Notes under the pieces: model-generated
The model's database searches: none
What the model was told of the DNA's origin: nothing
What the model saw: only the letters and a program-made list of their open reading frames with translations
Program-made: the position numbers and the translations under genes
In this document: positions 1 through 9,852 of the stretch, piece after piece
Numbering within the stretch: the stretch's first letter is position 1
Layout: every line of letters starts with the position of its first letter
From: a bacterium
GTDB taxonomy: Bacteria; UBA8248
Direction: 5' to 3'
NCBI GenBank assembly: GCA_965202625.1
Contig: CBDBBI010000010.1
Location: forward strand, 2,112,001-2,176,000
DNA: 64,000 nucleotides

Positions 1-66
1 AGCGCCCTGCTTCAGCATATCAACGTCTGCGTTGTGGCCAGCAAGGATGATTTGCATGGGTCTCAT
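1..66 (-). CDS. 5' end of a gene running off the left edge, possibly FAD-dependent thymidylate synthase-like
   Basis: Minus strand reads MRPMQIILAGHNADVDMLKQGA, resembling N-termini I recall for long ThyX-like proteins. Only 22 codons are visible. Confidence 0.3.
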   Translation of the reverse strand, partial: MRPMQIILAGHNADVDMLKQGA

Positions 67-366
67 TGAAGAGGCGTAGTTTGCGAGCGTGTCATCAATA
101 AACTCTGGATAGCAGAAAAGCTGATCATAAACGCACGGTCCTTATAAACCCTGGATGGCGCAAGAACAAGGGGAGAAGTGAAAGAGCGCGCGATCTCGCC
201 GAATTCGAATCCGCGCCCCCTTCAGGCGTCCACGTTTCCTTGCGCGCCGCAAACGTCTTCCCTGCCCGGTTGCTCCATTCCTTGCCATTGGTCAGGGATT
301 TTGGGATGATGTCGCTTGGCGTTGCCGCTTACGCGTTGCGCGCCCCTCACGAGAAAGAGGAAATAC

Positions 367-1701
367 GTGAGCCATCTTATCGCCCGAACCATCCTCGCCG
401 TCCTTGTTCTCGCCTCTTTTGGCTTTGAGCTGCCCACCTCGGAAGCCGGACGGCCGCGGAGACCCCCTCCGCCTCTTGTATCCTTGTCGAAAGTGGTTGA
501 GCGCCAGGTGAGAAACTCCCTCATCGTCGTGGGGAGCGTGGAGCCTTACCGCCGTTCCATCGTGAGCAGCGAGCTCGAGGGCCGGGTGCAGTCGGCCCCG
601 CTCCAGGCGGGGGATTTCGCTCGCGCGAACGAAACCGTTCTCGCGACGGTGCGTCGCTCCGATCTGGAGATCGAACTGCGTATCATGCAAGCCGAGCTGG
701 AGAAGGCGCGCCAGGACTTTTTGCGCCTCGAACGGGGAAGCCGTCCGGAACAGATAGCGGCGCTTCAGGCCAGAATGAGGGAGCGTGAAGCGCAGATGCG
801 AAACCATGAGCTCGAGCGGGAACGCGCCCAGGATCTGTATAAGAGAAAAATCCTGGATCGGTCGAGCTACGATCGCGCCGAGGCCAACTACGAAGCCAGT
901 CGGCAGTTGCATGAAGAAGCTTCCCTGAATCTGAAGCTTGCTAAGCTTGGTCCCAGGAAAGAGGAGAGGGCCCGCGCCAGGGCGGAGATGAGCCGAGTTC
1001 GGGCGCGGATCGCACGGATACGCGATGATTTGGCCAAGACGGAAATTCGCTCTCCGTTGACCGGCTTCATCACCCAAGAGTGGGTGGAGGTTGGCCAGTG
1101 GCTTACCAAGGGCGGCCGCGTGGCCGAAATCATCGAACTCGACAGGGTGTTGGTGCGCGCCTCGATCGCGGAGCGGCGCATTTCTTTGGTGCGCGTGGGG
1201 GATGAGGTGCGCGTCGTCATCGACGCTCTTGGGGGCCGGGCGTTTACGGGTAGGGTGCGCGGCATCATTCCAAAGGCGGACCCCAAAAGCCGGACGTTCC
1301 CCGTGGAAGTGGAGATAAGGAACACCAAATCCTATGAACTCAAGGCGGGAATGTTCGCGCGCCTGCGCCTTGAATACGGGGAGGCGGCCAGGACGCTTTT
1401 GGTGCCCAAGGACGCGCTGATTCTCAGAACGAGGGGAGCCTCCGTCTTCGTTTTCGAGAAGGGGCGCGTTCGGGAGGTTTCGTTTCAGCAGGGCAGAAGC
1501 GTGGATTCCTTCGTGGAGGTCCCGAAGGGCGCGCTGAAAGCCGGAATGCGGGTCGTGGTGAAGGGAAACGAGAACCTGAGAGCCGGTATGGCCGTTCGCC
1601 TTCAGGGTGGCGGGTTCGGTGCTGCGCGCGGCGGGAAAGCCTTCGGCAGGAAGAAGGCGCCCGCCGCAAGCTCCGCCTCGAAACGCAAAGCCGGTGGATG
1701 A
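367..1701 (+). CDS. RND efflux periplasmic adaptor (membrane fusion protein)
   Basis: N-terminal hydrophobic segment, coiled-coil hairpin, IRSPLTG, ADPKSRTFPVEV and LKAGMFAR. Likely GTG start at 367 after GAGAAAGAGG (ORF track starts at 316). Confidence 0.92.
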   Translation: MSHLIARTILAVLVLASFGFELPTSEAGRPRRPPPPLVSLSKVVERQVRNSLIVVGSVEPYRRSIVSSELEGRVQSAPLQAGDFARANETVLATVRRSDLEIELRIMQAELEKARQDFLRLERGSRPEQIAALQARMREREAQMRNHELERERAQDLYKRKILDRSSYDRAEANYEASRQLHEEASLNLKLAKLGPRKEERARARAEMSRVRARIARIRDDLAKTEIRSPLTGFITQEWVEVGQWLTKGGRVAEIIELDRVLVRASIAERRISLVRVGDEVRVVIDALGGRAFTGRVRGIIPKADPKSRTFPVEVEIRNTKSYELKAGMFARLRLEYGEAARTLLVPKDALILRTRGASVFVFEKGRVREVSFQQGRSVDSFVEVPKGALKAGMRVVVKGNENLRAGMAVRLQGGGFGAARGGKAFGRKKAPAASSASKRKAGG

Positions 1702-1802
1702 GGCGATGCGTCTGAGCCGACTGCCCGCGCGGAGGGTGAGTTTTCGTTTTTGACGCATGTCCGAGCGTTTGAAAAATGGGCCGCCGAGGGAGATGAGAAA
1801 GG

Positions 1803-4800
1803 ATGAATTTGCCGCGCGCGAGCGTCAAATACCCCGTCACCACGAGCGTGGGCGTCATCCTGGCGGTGCTTTTCGGCGCCATCAGCCTCTCCAGGATTCC
1901 GGTGCAGATGACGCCGACGGTGGAGCGGCCTGTTATCACGGTGGGGACCAAATATGATGGTGCGGCGCCGCTCGAGGTGGAGGAGGAAGTGTCGAAGCCC
2001 ATCGAGGAGAAGCTCACCTCGGTGGAAGGCCTCACGCGGATGACCTCTAGCAGCCAGGAGGGCAGCTCGCGCGTCTTGCTGGAGTTCGACTGGGGAACGA
2101 ACAAGGACGTGGCCCGACTCGACGTCTCGGAGAAGCTCGGCTTGGTGCGTGACCTGCCCGATGATGTGGACAAATCCACCATCAGCGCGCTGAACACCGA
2201 CGCGGAAAACCCCATCGCATGGATAGTAGTCGATACCAAGCTGCCCATCAACGAGGTGCGCGTAGAGGGTGATGCCGTCATCCGCCCCAAACTGGAGCGC
2301 GTGGAGGGCGTGGGCCGGGTATGGATGTTCGGGGGTCAGGACAGGGAGGTTCGCGTCACGCTGGATTACGCGGCCATGAGTGCGCGCGGACTTACGGTCG
2401 CCGCGCTGAGGGAGGCCCTGCGGCGCGAGAACAAAAACACCAAGGCGGGGAGGATTGACGAGGGAAAGCGCCGCTACGCGGTGCGCACCGTGGGCAATTT
2501 CACCCGGCTCGATCAGCTGCGGAACACCATCGTTGCGCAAAACGAGGGAGGCGCGGTCTATCTGCGCGACGTCGCCAAGGTTTCCTTCGACTATGGCGAC
2601 ACCGAGCGGCGGATTCGCATCAAGCGGGTCCCTACCATGGGCTTTGGGGTTTTGAGAAAAACCGGCGCCAACACCATTGAGGTGATGGCGGGTGTCAAAA
2701 GAGCGATCGCTGAAATCAACAGCATCTACGAGGGGCGTGGCATCCAGCTCAGACAGGTCTATGACGAGACCGACTACATCAACCAGTCCCGCTCCCTGGT
2801 CGTGAACAACATATTCGTGGGCGGGGCCTTGGCGATAGGCGTGTTGCTCCTGTTCTTGGGGAGCCTCTCGAGTGTGTTGGTCATCGCCGTTGCCATACCG
2901 GTCACCGTTGTTGCCACGTTCATCCTGATCTTCGCGTTGGGCCGCTCCATCAACATCATCTCTTTGGCGGGCATGGCGTTCGCCGTCGGCATGGTGGTGG
3001 ACAACTCCGTCGTGGTGTTGGAGAACATCTTCCGTCACCGTGAGATGGGAAAAACCAGATGGGACGCCGCAGTAGAGGGTGCGCAAGAGGTCTGGGGCGC
3101 GGTGCTGGCCTCGACGCTGACCACGCTCGCCGTCTTCATCCCGGTCGTGTTTGTTCAGGATGAGTCGGGCCAGTTGTTCCGGGACATCGCGATCGCCATC
3201 AGCGTGGCGGTGGCCCTCTCCCTCTTGGTGTCGATCTCCGTGGTGCCGATGCTGAGTTCTCGCATTCTGAGTGACGCGCGAAAAACCTCCCCCCTGGTTC
3301 GCCTTTTCAGCGTGTTGGGAATTTACCCGCTCGGCAGGCTCTGTCAGCGAATGTATGTGGTCTCTCTCGGTTGGCTGTTGCGAGGGGTACTTAGGCGCGT
3401 GTTCGTCGTCTCGGTGATCACGGCGGGGGCGATCCTCATGGCGGTGCAGTTTTTCCCTCCCATCGACTATTTGCCCAAGGGCAACCGCAACCTCATGTTC
3501 GTGTTTTTGCGTACCCCATCGGGCCTGAATCTCGATGAAGTGGATAAGATCGTGAAGGGGCTGGAGGCGAAATTCGCGCGCGTGGAGGAGCTCGACCGGT
3601 TTTTCGCCGTGGTGCGCGCGCAAAGGCCCATCCTCGGCCTCATCGCGAAAAAGGAACATTCCGATCTGGAGTCGATGCGGCGTCTCGTCGGCCGGTTGTT
3701 CGGCGAGCTCCAGGGCGTCCCCGGAGTACGCGTGTTCGTCACCCAGGCGTCCTTGTTCAGGCGGCGGGGTTCGGGTTTCATCGGCGGAATCAACCTGCAG
3801 GTGGACATCACCGGTAGCAGCTTGAGCGAAATTCAGCGCATCGCCGCCGATGTGGAAGACAGGACGCGCCGGCTGGAGGGCGTGCGCTTCGTGAATTCGA
3901 GCTTCGATCTGGGGAATCCGGAATTGCAGGTGCACGTGGATCGACAAAAGGCGGCCGAGTTCGGCCTGTCCGTCTCCGAGATCGGGAACATTGTGGAGAC
4001 GCTAGTGAACGGAACAAAGGCCGGGTTATTTCGGGACAGTGGAAAGGAGCTCGACATCGTTCTGCGCGGGCCGCTTTCGGATTTCACCAGAACGCAGGGA
4101 ATTTCCGACATCAGGGTGCACACGCTCGAGGGCCGGATTGCCGGGCTCGGAGACATCGCCGAGGTTCGTCCGGCTTTGGGCCCGACGAAGATCGAGCATA
4201 TCGACCGAGACCGCTCTGTGTCCTTGACGGTCAACATCGGCAACGAACTGCCGCTTCAGAAAGCCATCGAGAATATGAAGAGGGAGGTCATCGACCCGAT
4301 GCGCAGGACGCTTCCGCTGGGGTATTCGATGGACGTGAGCGGGCGGGCGAAGGATCTGGAAAGAACCTGGGGGGCGCTTAAGTGGTCGCTGCTGCTCGCG
4401 CTGTTGATTACCTACCTGTTGATGGCGTCCCTGTTCGAGGCGTGGAGCTACCCACTCATCATCATGTTCAGCGTTCCCTTCGCCGCCACGGGCGGCGTGT
4501 TGATGGTGAGCTACATGAATTCAATAGAACCGTCGGTGAAGATGGACACGCTCACGATGCTGGGCTTCATCATCCTCACGGGCATCGTGGTGAACAACGC
4601 GATTTTGCTCGTCCACCAGGCACTGAATCATTTTCGTTCCGGACTCCCCATGCGCGCGGCGATTCTCGATAGCGCGCGCGACAGGATGCGCCCCATTTTC
4701 ATGACCACGACGACAACCGTGCTCGGCATGTTGCCCCTGGTGCTCTCTTCTGGTGCCGGCAGCGAACTTTACCGGGGTTTGGGTTCGGCCGTCCTGGGTG

Positions 4801-4991
4801 GTTTGGCTACCTCCACGCTGTTCACCCTGCTCTTGGTGCCGGTGGTGTTCTCCTTGTGGGTGGATTTCCTGGGCCTCGTGCGGCCCGGCGGCGCGGCGCG
4901 GCGATTCGAGGCGACGCTCTCCGCCGCGTCCGGGGCCGGTGGAAACGGCGTGCCCGCCGAGCCCGAGCGCGATAAAGCCGTCAAAAATTAG
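1803..4991 (+). CDS. RND efflux permease (AcrB/AcrD/AcrF family)
   Basis: 1062 aa with GMVVDNSVVVLENI, GIVVNNAILL and RMRPIFMTT motifs. Confidence 0.96.
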   Translation: MNLPRASVKYPVTTSVGVILAVLFGAISLSRIPVQMTPTVERPVITVGTKYDGAAPLEVEEEVSKPIEEKLTSVEGLTRMTSSSQEGSSRVLLEFDWGTNKDVARLDVSEKLGLVRDLPDDVDKSTISALNTDAENPIAWIVVDTKLPINEVRVEGDAVIRPKLERVEGVGRVWMFGGQDREVRVTLDYAAMSARGLTVAALREALRRENKNTKAGRIDEGKRRYAVRTVGNFTRLDQLRNTIVAQNEGGAVYLRDVAKVSFDYGDTERRIRIKRVPTMGFGVLRKTGANTIEVMAGVKRAIAEINSIYEGRGIQLRQVYDETDYINQSRSLVVNNIFVGGALAIGVLLLFLGSLSSVLVIAVAIPVTVVATFILIFALGRSINIISLAGMAFAVGMVVDNSVVVLENIFRHREMGKTRWDAAVEGAQEVWGAVLASTLTTLAVFIPVVFVQDESGQLFRDIAIAISVAVALSLLVSISVVPMLSSRILSDARKTSPLVRLFSVLGIYPLGRLCQRMYVVSLGWLLRGVLRRVFVVSVITAGAILMAVQFFPPIDYLPKGNRNLMFVFLRTPSGLNLDEVDKIVKGLEAKFARVEELDRFFAVVRAQRPILGLIAKKEHSDLESMRRLVGRLFGELQGVPGVRVFVTQASLFRRRGSGFIGGINLQVDITGSSLSEIQRIAADVEDRTRRLEGVRFVNSSFDLGNPELQVHVDRQKAAEFGLSVSEIGNIVETLVNGTKAGLFRDSGKELDIVLRGPLSDFTRTQGISDIRVHTLEGRIAGLGDIAEVRPALGPTKIEHIDRDRSVSLTVNIGNELPLQKAIENMKREVIDPMRRTLPLGYSMDVSGRAKDLERTWGALKWSLLLALLITYLLMASLFEAWSYPLIIMFSVPFAATGGVLMVSYMNSIEPSVKMDTLTMLGFIILTGIVVNNAILLVHQALNHFRSGLPMRAAILDSARDRMRPIFMTTTTTVLGMLPLVLSSGAGSELYRGLGSAVLGGLATSTLFTLLLVPVVFSLWVDFLGLVRPGGAARRFEATLSAASGAGGNGVPAEPERDKAVKN

Positions 4992-5781
4992 CCGATTCTG
5001 CGAGAAACGCATCCACGGCCGCGTTCCATTCAGTGTGGGAGCGGCGGTAGCTGTAATGCCCCCCCTCCTCTAGTATCACGAGCCGCGCACTCGCTATGGC
5101 TTTTTGCAGATCTTGGGCGAAGTACGGCGGAGTGAGGGCATCGTCTTTCGCGGCGATGATGAGCGATGGCTTCTTGATCTGATGAATCTCGGCAGTTCTG
5201 TCGTGGGTGAGCGTCATGTCAATCCGTGCGGTGATGACGTCCACCGGCGCGATGGTGTCCTTCTGGCGCGCTTCGAGTTCAAGAAGATTGTCATACATGT
5301 TTCTGAATTGCGTCCACCCGCAAGTCCACAACGAACTGAACTTGATATATTCCTCCAGTCCGTAGGCTTCGGCGATTTGTTTGCGCGAGGTCTGAAGGCG
5401 CGTCATATAAGGGTCCGCTTTCGTCCAGGTGTTGGTGAAAACGCAGCGGTCGATTCGCTCGGGATAGTCAAGCGCGAGGTTTTGCAGCACGCAGCCGCCC
5501 GTGGAGGTGCCCGCCACGTGGGCCTTTTCGATTCCCAGTGCGTCGAGCAGACCGATGGCGTCCTGTGCGATGAGGCGGGTGGAATACGCATCCTTGGGCT
5601 TGTCGCTCTCGCCCGTTCCCCTGTGGTCGAACGTGATGCAGCGGTAGCGATCCGAGAAATGGGGAATCTGGAAATCCCAGGCGTCCAGAAGACCCATGAG
5701 ACCTGGAATGAACAAGAACGCCTCCCCCTCCCCGCGTTCGGAGTAATTCAGATGCACTTCACCGGCCTGAATTCTGGGCAT
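4981..5781 (-). CDS. alpha/beta fold hydrolase (RutD/PcaD-like)
   Basis: DHRGTGES, nucleophile elbow GTSTGG, C-terminal GGH. Confidence 0.88.
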   Translation of the reverse strand: MPRIQAGEVHLNYSERGEGEAFLFIPGLMGLLDAWDFQIPHFSDRYRCITFDHRGTGESDKPKDAYSTRLIAQDAIGLLDALGIEKAHVAGTSTGGCVLQNLALDYPERIDRCVFTNTWTKADPYMTRLQTSRKQIAEAYGLEEYIKFSSLWTCGWTQFRNMYDNLLELEARQKDTIAPVDVITARIDMTLTHDRTAEIHQIKKPSLIIAAKDDALTPPYFAQDLQKAIASARLVILEEGGHYSYRRSHTEWNAAVDAFLAESANF

Positions 5782-5798
5782 GGACTCTCCTTTGAGGT

Positions 5799-6812
5799 TT
5801 ATTCGCTTTCATCGTTCAGTATTTCGGACACCTCCACGCGGCGGCCTTCCCGCGCCGAGCGGACGCCCGCGCGAATGACGGCGAGGGAGGATACGGCGGC
5901 GTCCCCGCCCATCTCTGGCTGTGCCCTTCCGCGAACGGCGTCCGCGAACTCCTCCAACTCCTCCACGATGGTGTTGTTCTTCTCGCAGGACACCGGCCGG
6001 GGGGCCTTCTCCCCCCGGTAGAGAACGCGCAGGCCGTCGAAGAGCGTATAATAGGCCGTGGCCGTCTTTCCATAGACGTTCATGAGATAATACTCCGAAG
6101 CCGAGGCGTAGCTTGCCGTGAGATTCGAGATGGCCTCGCATTCGTGCTCGAGAATGAGGTTCGCCACGTCGGGATTCTCTCCCGGTAGGACGAGTTGCGC
6201 CGCCTGCGCGGAGACGGCCACGATGGGCCCCATGAGGTAGGTCAGGACGTCGGTGTAGTGAATGCCGATCTGAAGCATGACCCCGCCCGGCATGGCCTCT
6301 GATTGATAGCGCCAGTGGCCGGGTTCGAACTGGCCCTCCCGGTCTCTGCTGATGTTGCACTCCGCCTGCACCAGACGACCGAATTTTCCCTCCGAGATCT
6401 CGCTCTTGATCCAGCGAAAGTGATTCTCGCGCCTCCTCTGATAGCCGATGGCGAGTACCACGCCCGCATCGGCGCACGCGCGTGTGAGAGCTTGGCCGTC
6501 GGCGATGGTGTGGGCGATGGGCTTGTCCAGAAAAACGTGCTTGCCCGCCCGGGCCGCCGCTTGGGTGGATTCGAGATGAACGTGGTTCGGGGTGGTGTTG
6601 ATGATCGCCTCGATGGACGCATCCCCCAGGATTTCCTCGTAGCTTTTCGCCGCTTCACAGCCGTACTTTTTGGCGAAGGCGACGCGCTTGCCCTCAGAAC
6701 GCGTGAAGCAGGCGACGATCTCGATTTTATCGGTCTGCTGAATCGCATCGGCGAGAACGTCCGACCACCACCCCATGCCGAGCGAAGCTACTCGCAGGGA
6801 CTTTGCACTCAT
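5799..6812 (-). CDS. Gfo/Idh/MocA family oxidoreductase
   Basis: N-terminal Rossmann segment, TPNHVH, GKHVFLDKP, GGVMLQIGIH. Confidence 0.9.
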   Translation of the reverse strand: MSAKSLRVASLGMGWWSDVLADAIQQTDKIEIVACFTRSEGKRVAFAKKYGCEAAKSYEEILGDASIEAIINTTPNHVHLESTQAAARAGKHVFLDKPIAHTIADGQALTRACADAGVVLAIGYQRRRENHFRWIKSEISEGKFGRLVQAECNISRDREGQFEPGHWRYQSEAMPGGVMLQIGIHYTDVLTYLMGPIVAVSAQAAQLVLPGENPDVANLILEHECEAISNLTASYASASEYYLMNVYGKTATAYYTLFDGLRVLYRGEKAPRPVSCEKNNTIVEELEEFADAVRGRAQPEMGGDAAVSSLAVIRAGVRSAREGRRVEVSEILNDESE

Positions 6813-6945
6813 TTTGACAGACTCCTCCATTTGCCGCTGAACCAAGGGTTGTGAAGAAACGCATCTTCATCCATCGTGCGCTCTCCGGCGGGACGCTCCC
6901 GAGGGCTGATGAGGCCGAGGAGCCACGAGGCGCTCGCCATAAAAA

Positions 6946-7383
6946 TCAGAAAGCGGCGCCTACCGCCTCGACGGCGGCGCGCGCGATGGCCTTGTCTTGT
7001 TCCCAGTCGCCTCCGCTCACGCCGATGCCTCCCAGACATTCGCCGTCATATAGAATGGGAAAGCCACCCTCCATCGCCGTCCATCGCTCGGGGCCGGCGG
7101 CGAGGGCGAGGCCAAGGGCGTGAGCGGTGTCGAGGTGCTGGGCCTGTGCGCCTAGCGTTGTGGTGGGACGCTTGTTCGAAGCCGAGCAAACCGCCTTGGT
7201 GGTGGATGAATGAACGGTGTGGAAACGCCCGCCGTCCATGCGCTCGAGCAGGATGAGGTGTCCTCCGGCGTCGGCGATGGCCACGGTGACGGGGATGCCG
7301 AAGCCCTCCGCCTTGGCGATGGCGGCCGTCATCATCAGTCTGGCCCCCTTGGTGGTGAGGCGATGGGTTGGTGCGAATGGCAT
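6946..7383 (-). CDS. GlcG/HbpS family heme-binding protein
   Basis: VAIADAGGH..RMDG, GGFPI and GGIGVSGG..EQD motifs. Confidence 0.9.
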   Translation of the reverse strand: MPFAPTHRLTTKGARLMMTAAIAKAEGFGIPVTVAIADAGGHLILLERMDGGRFHTVHSSTTKAVCSASNKRPTTTLGAQAQHLDTAHALGLALAAGPERWTAMEGGFPILYDGECLGGIGVSGGDWEQDKAIARAAVEAVGAAF

Positions 7384-7830
7384 GGGCGCGTCTCCTATGT
7401 CTGTCGATTGTTTCCGAATCTATCCGTTTCTTTCCATTTTGATGCGACCGCACCTCGCTGCTTCTAGCGCCAGACGCAACATGGCCTCGCCCCTTCTACT
7501 CGACGGTGGCGAGTGTCTTGAGCCTCGAAAAACTTCGCGGGGCGGTTAAGCATGCTTTCATTTTTTGAGACGTAAAATCGATTGGTGAGGGTTCAGGATA
7601 CCGCCCAGTGGAGAGAATCTAGGGAAGGGACGGAGAAATGTCAACGATTCGTCCGTATCTTGCTTGTGACTCGGGGACTTGGAGCTCGCATGGAGCGACC
7701 CTCTCACGTCTTCACTCTACTCTGGGTGCGACTCTCTTTTTATAAATGACGCCCTCGTGCCTTGTCATGGAATGTGGGGTTGTCCATCATGACTCATGGT
7801 TCTTGCGAGTAGGCGAAAAGGAGAGTTCGA

Positions 7831-8604
7831 ATGCTCGACCTCATCTCGTTCATGGAAAAAACCGCGCGAGCGGCGGGTGCGCTTGCCATGCAGCTGTCTG
7901 GCCGCGTGAAGACCGAACCGAAGGGTCGAAGCATTGTCTCATACGCGGACAGGGAGGCAGAGCGTCTCATCGTCTCGAAGATTCGCTCCGCGTTTCCAGA
8001 CGATCCCTTATTGGCGGAGGAAAGTGGAGCGAGCGGGACGCGGGAGATTGCTGCCGATACCCGCTGGTGGGCGATAGACCCCATTGACGGCACTGGCCCC
8101 TATCTCAAAGGCCTTCCCTTCTGGGCGGTTTCCATCGCCTGTCTGGTGGGCGATCGCGTGGAGGCGGGGGTGGTTCACATGCCGTCGATGGGGGAGACCT
8201 TCACCGCCACGGCTTCCGGCCGCGCGATGCGCAAAGGGGCGCCCATCTCTCGCGTGGAGCAGGGCGCCCTCCAGGAGCACGACTATCTCTTCATTCCGTG
8301 TAGCGAAGTGGTGGGTCTCTCTCATGAATATCCTGGGCGCTTTCTGGCATTGGCTTCGTCCGCTTGCCATCTTTGCTTTGCGGCGGCGGGCTGTGCTTTT
8401 GGCGTTTTGATGGAGCCTTTACACGCCTATGACTTCGCCGCCGCCGCGCTCATCTACGAGCGCGCGGGCGGAGCGGTGGCTTACGTTTCGGGCAGGCGGA
8501 TCGACTACGCTGCCCTCGCCGACGGACACGCAACGCCAGAGCCCGCGGTCGCCGCCCCCAGCGGGCAAATCGACTGGCTGAGAGAAAAGATCTCCTGGGG
8601 CTAA
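7831..8604 (+). CDS. inositol monophosphatase family protein
   Basis: AEES, WAIDPIDGT and YDFAAA motifs. Confidence 0.9.
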   Translation: MLDLISFMEKTARAAGALAMQLSGRVKTEPKGRSIVSYADREAERLIVSKIRSAFPDDPLLAEESGASGTREIAADTRWWAIDPIDGTGPYLKGLPFWAVSIACLVGDRVEAGVVHMPSMGETFTATASGRAMRKGAPISRVEQGALQEHDYLFIPCSEVVGLSHEYPGRFLALASSACHLCFAAAGCAFGVLMEPLHAYDFAAAALIYERAGGAVAYVSGRRIDYAALADGHATPEPAVAAPSGQIDWLREKISWG

Positions 8605-8745
8605 ATTCGCCAGTCCCCACGCTCGGTAGGCTTTTGCAGGGACTGGATTTCCGGAGCCGCTCATGCCTCAAAGGGTGCTTTGGCGAGGGGCCCCGCCGCT
8701 TTCAGGCTTCTGCGCTTCACCCCCAAGAGATGGCATGAGGCGCAC

Positions 8746-9552
8746 TTACATCCACATGCCCGCGCCCTGGAGCAGTTGATCGATCTGAAAGCTGACGCGT
8801 TCGGCGCTTTCGAGCGGCGTCATGTGTCCGGCCCCCTCCACCATCTCATAGACCGAATCGTTCAGCCCCTGATGAAGGGACTCCATATCGCCAACCGATA
8901 TCAGCGCATCGTTCGCTCCGCCAAACACGAGGCAGGGGACGGCGATTTCACTCAGGCGCGGCGTCATGTCCTCGCGCTGGCGGTTGGCGTCGATCAGGGA
9001 GGCGACGTGGCCGGGAATTTGGCTGGTGACGATTTTTCTCGTGGCCTCCACTGCGAGGGGATGGGTGGAAGCGTAGCCGGGAGAGAACAGTTTGGGCAGG
9101 AAGTGGGCCGAGAAGTTCTCCATTCCTTCGTCGATGACGATGCGCATCTGTTGTAGGCGCGCCCGTCTCCCCTCCTCGGAATCGCCCGTAGCCCGGGTGC
9201 TGACGAAAGCGCACGCGCGGACCATCAACGGATGGCGAATCGCCATTTGCAGCAGGACGTAGCCGCCCATGGAGAAGCCGGCCACGGCGGCGGCGTTGAT
9301 GTTTAGCGCGCCTAGGAAAGCCGCCATGTCGTCCGCCATCATCTCAATCGTGATGCCCCCGCCCGCGTGGCTCGTTTTTCCCATGCCGCGCATGTCGGGG
9401 CGCAAAACCCGGTAGCTCCCCTCCAACGCCTCGACCTGCGCCTTCCAGATGGTGTGATCCAGGGAAAAGCCGTGGAGGAGCAGGAGCGGGGGGCCGCTGC
9501 CGGATTCTTCGTAAGCGACTTCGAGTCCATGCGCGGATACGGTTTTCATCAA
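8746..9552 (-). CDS. alpha/beta fold hydrolase
   Basis: LLHGF, DMRGMG, GFSMGG, GAGH. Confidence 0.9.
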   Translation of the reverse strand: MMKTVSAHGLEVAYEESGSGPPLLLLHGFSLDHTIWKAQVEALEGSYRVLRPDMRGMGKTSHAGGGITIEMMADDMAAFLGALNINAAAVAGFSMGGYVLLQMAIRHPLMVRACAFVSTRATGDSEEGRRARLQQMRIVIDEGMENFSAHFLPKLFSPGYASTHPLAVEATRKIVTSQIPGHVASLIDANRQREDMTPRLSEIAVPCLVFGGANDALISVGDMESLHQGLNDSVYEMVEGAGHMTPLESAERVSFQIDQLLQGAGMWM

Positions 9553-9852
9553 GTGCTCCCCTCGTGTTTGAACCGACTTAAGGTGCGAATCGTCCTTCGG
9601 AACGTCCAGTCTAGCATGACTGTGAAAGATCGCCAGATCGCTTGGGCAGGCATCAAATCTTGAGACGCATATAAATAAAAGGCTATACTGTTAGGGTCTT
9701 TGGCGCGTTTTTTCGCTTTGTCGCTTTTGGGGTTATGGATAGCGGAACCGAGCACGACCAGGAAAATTTTGCCATACCGAGAAGTGGAAGTGCCTGATTT
9801 TCAGATATCCGATACGCGAAATAAGGCTGCCGCTTAGGGCAAAAGCGGCTTT

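Noticed and set aside
196-222. TTCGAATCC as a tRNA T-loop
   Set aside because: No pairing T-stem or cloverleaf around it.
292-3947. Long antisense ORFs (for example 292-1758 and 1602-3947; similarly 21969-23537, 46145-48091, 48412-50337, 50260-52077)
   Set aside because: They shadow well-supported genes on the opposite strand, as expected in GC-rich DNA, and contain no motifs.
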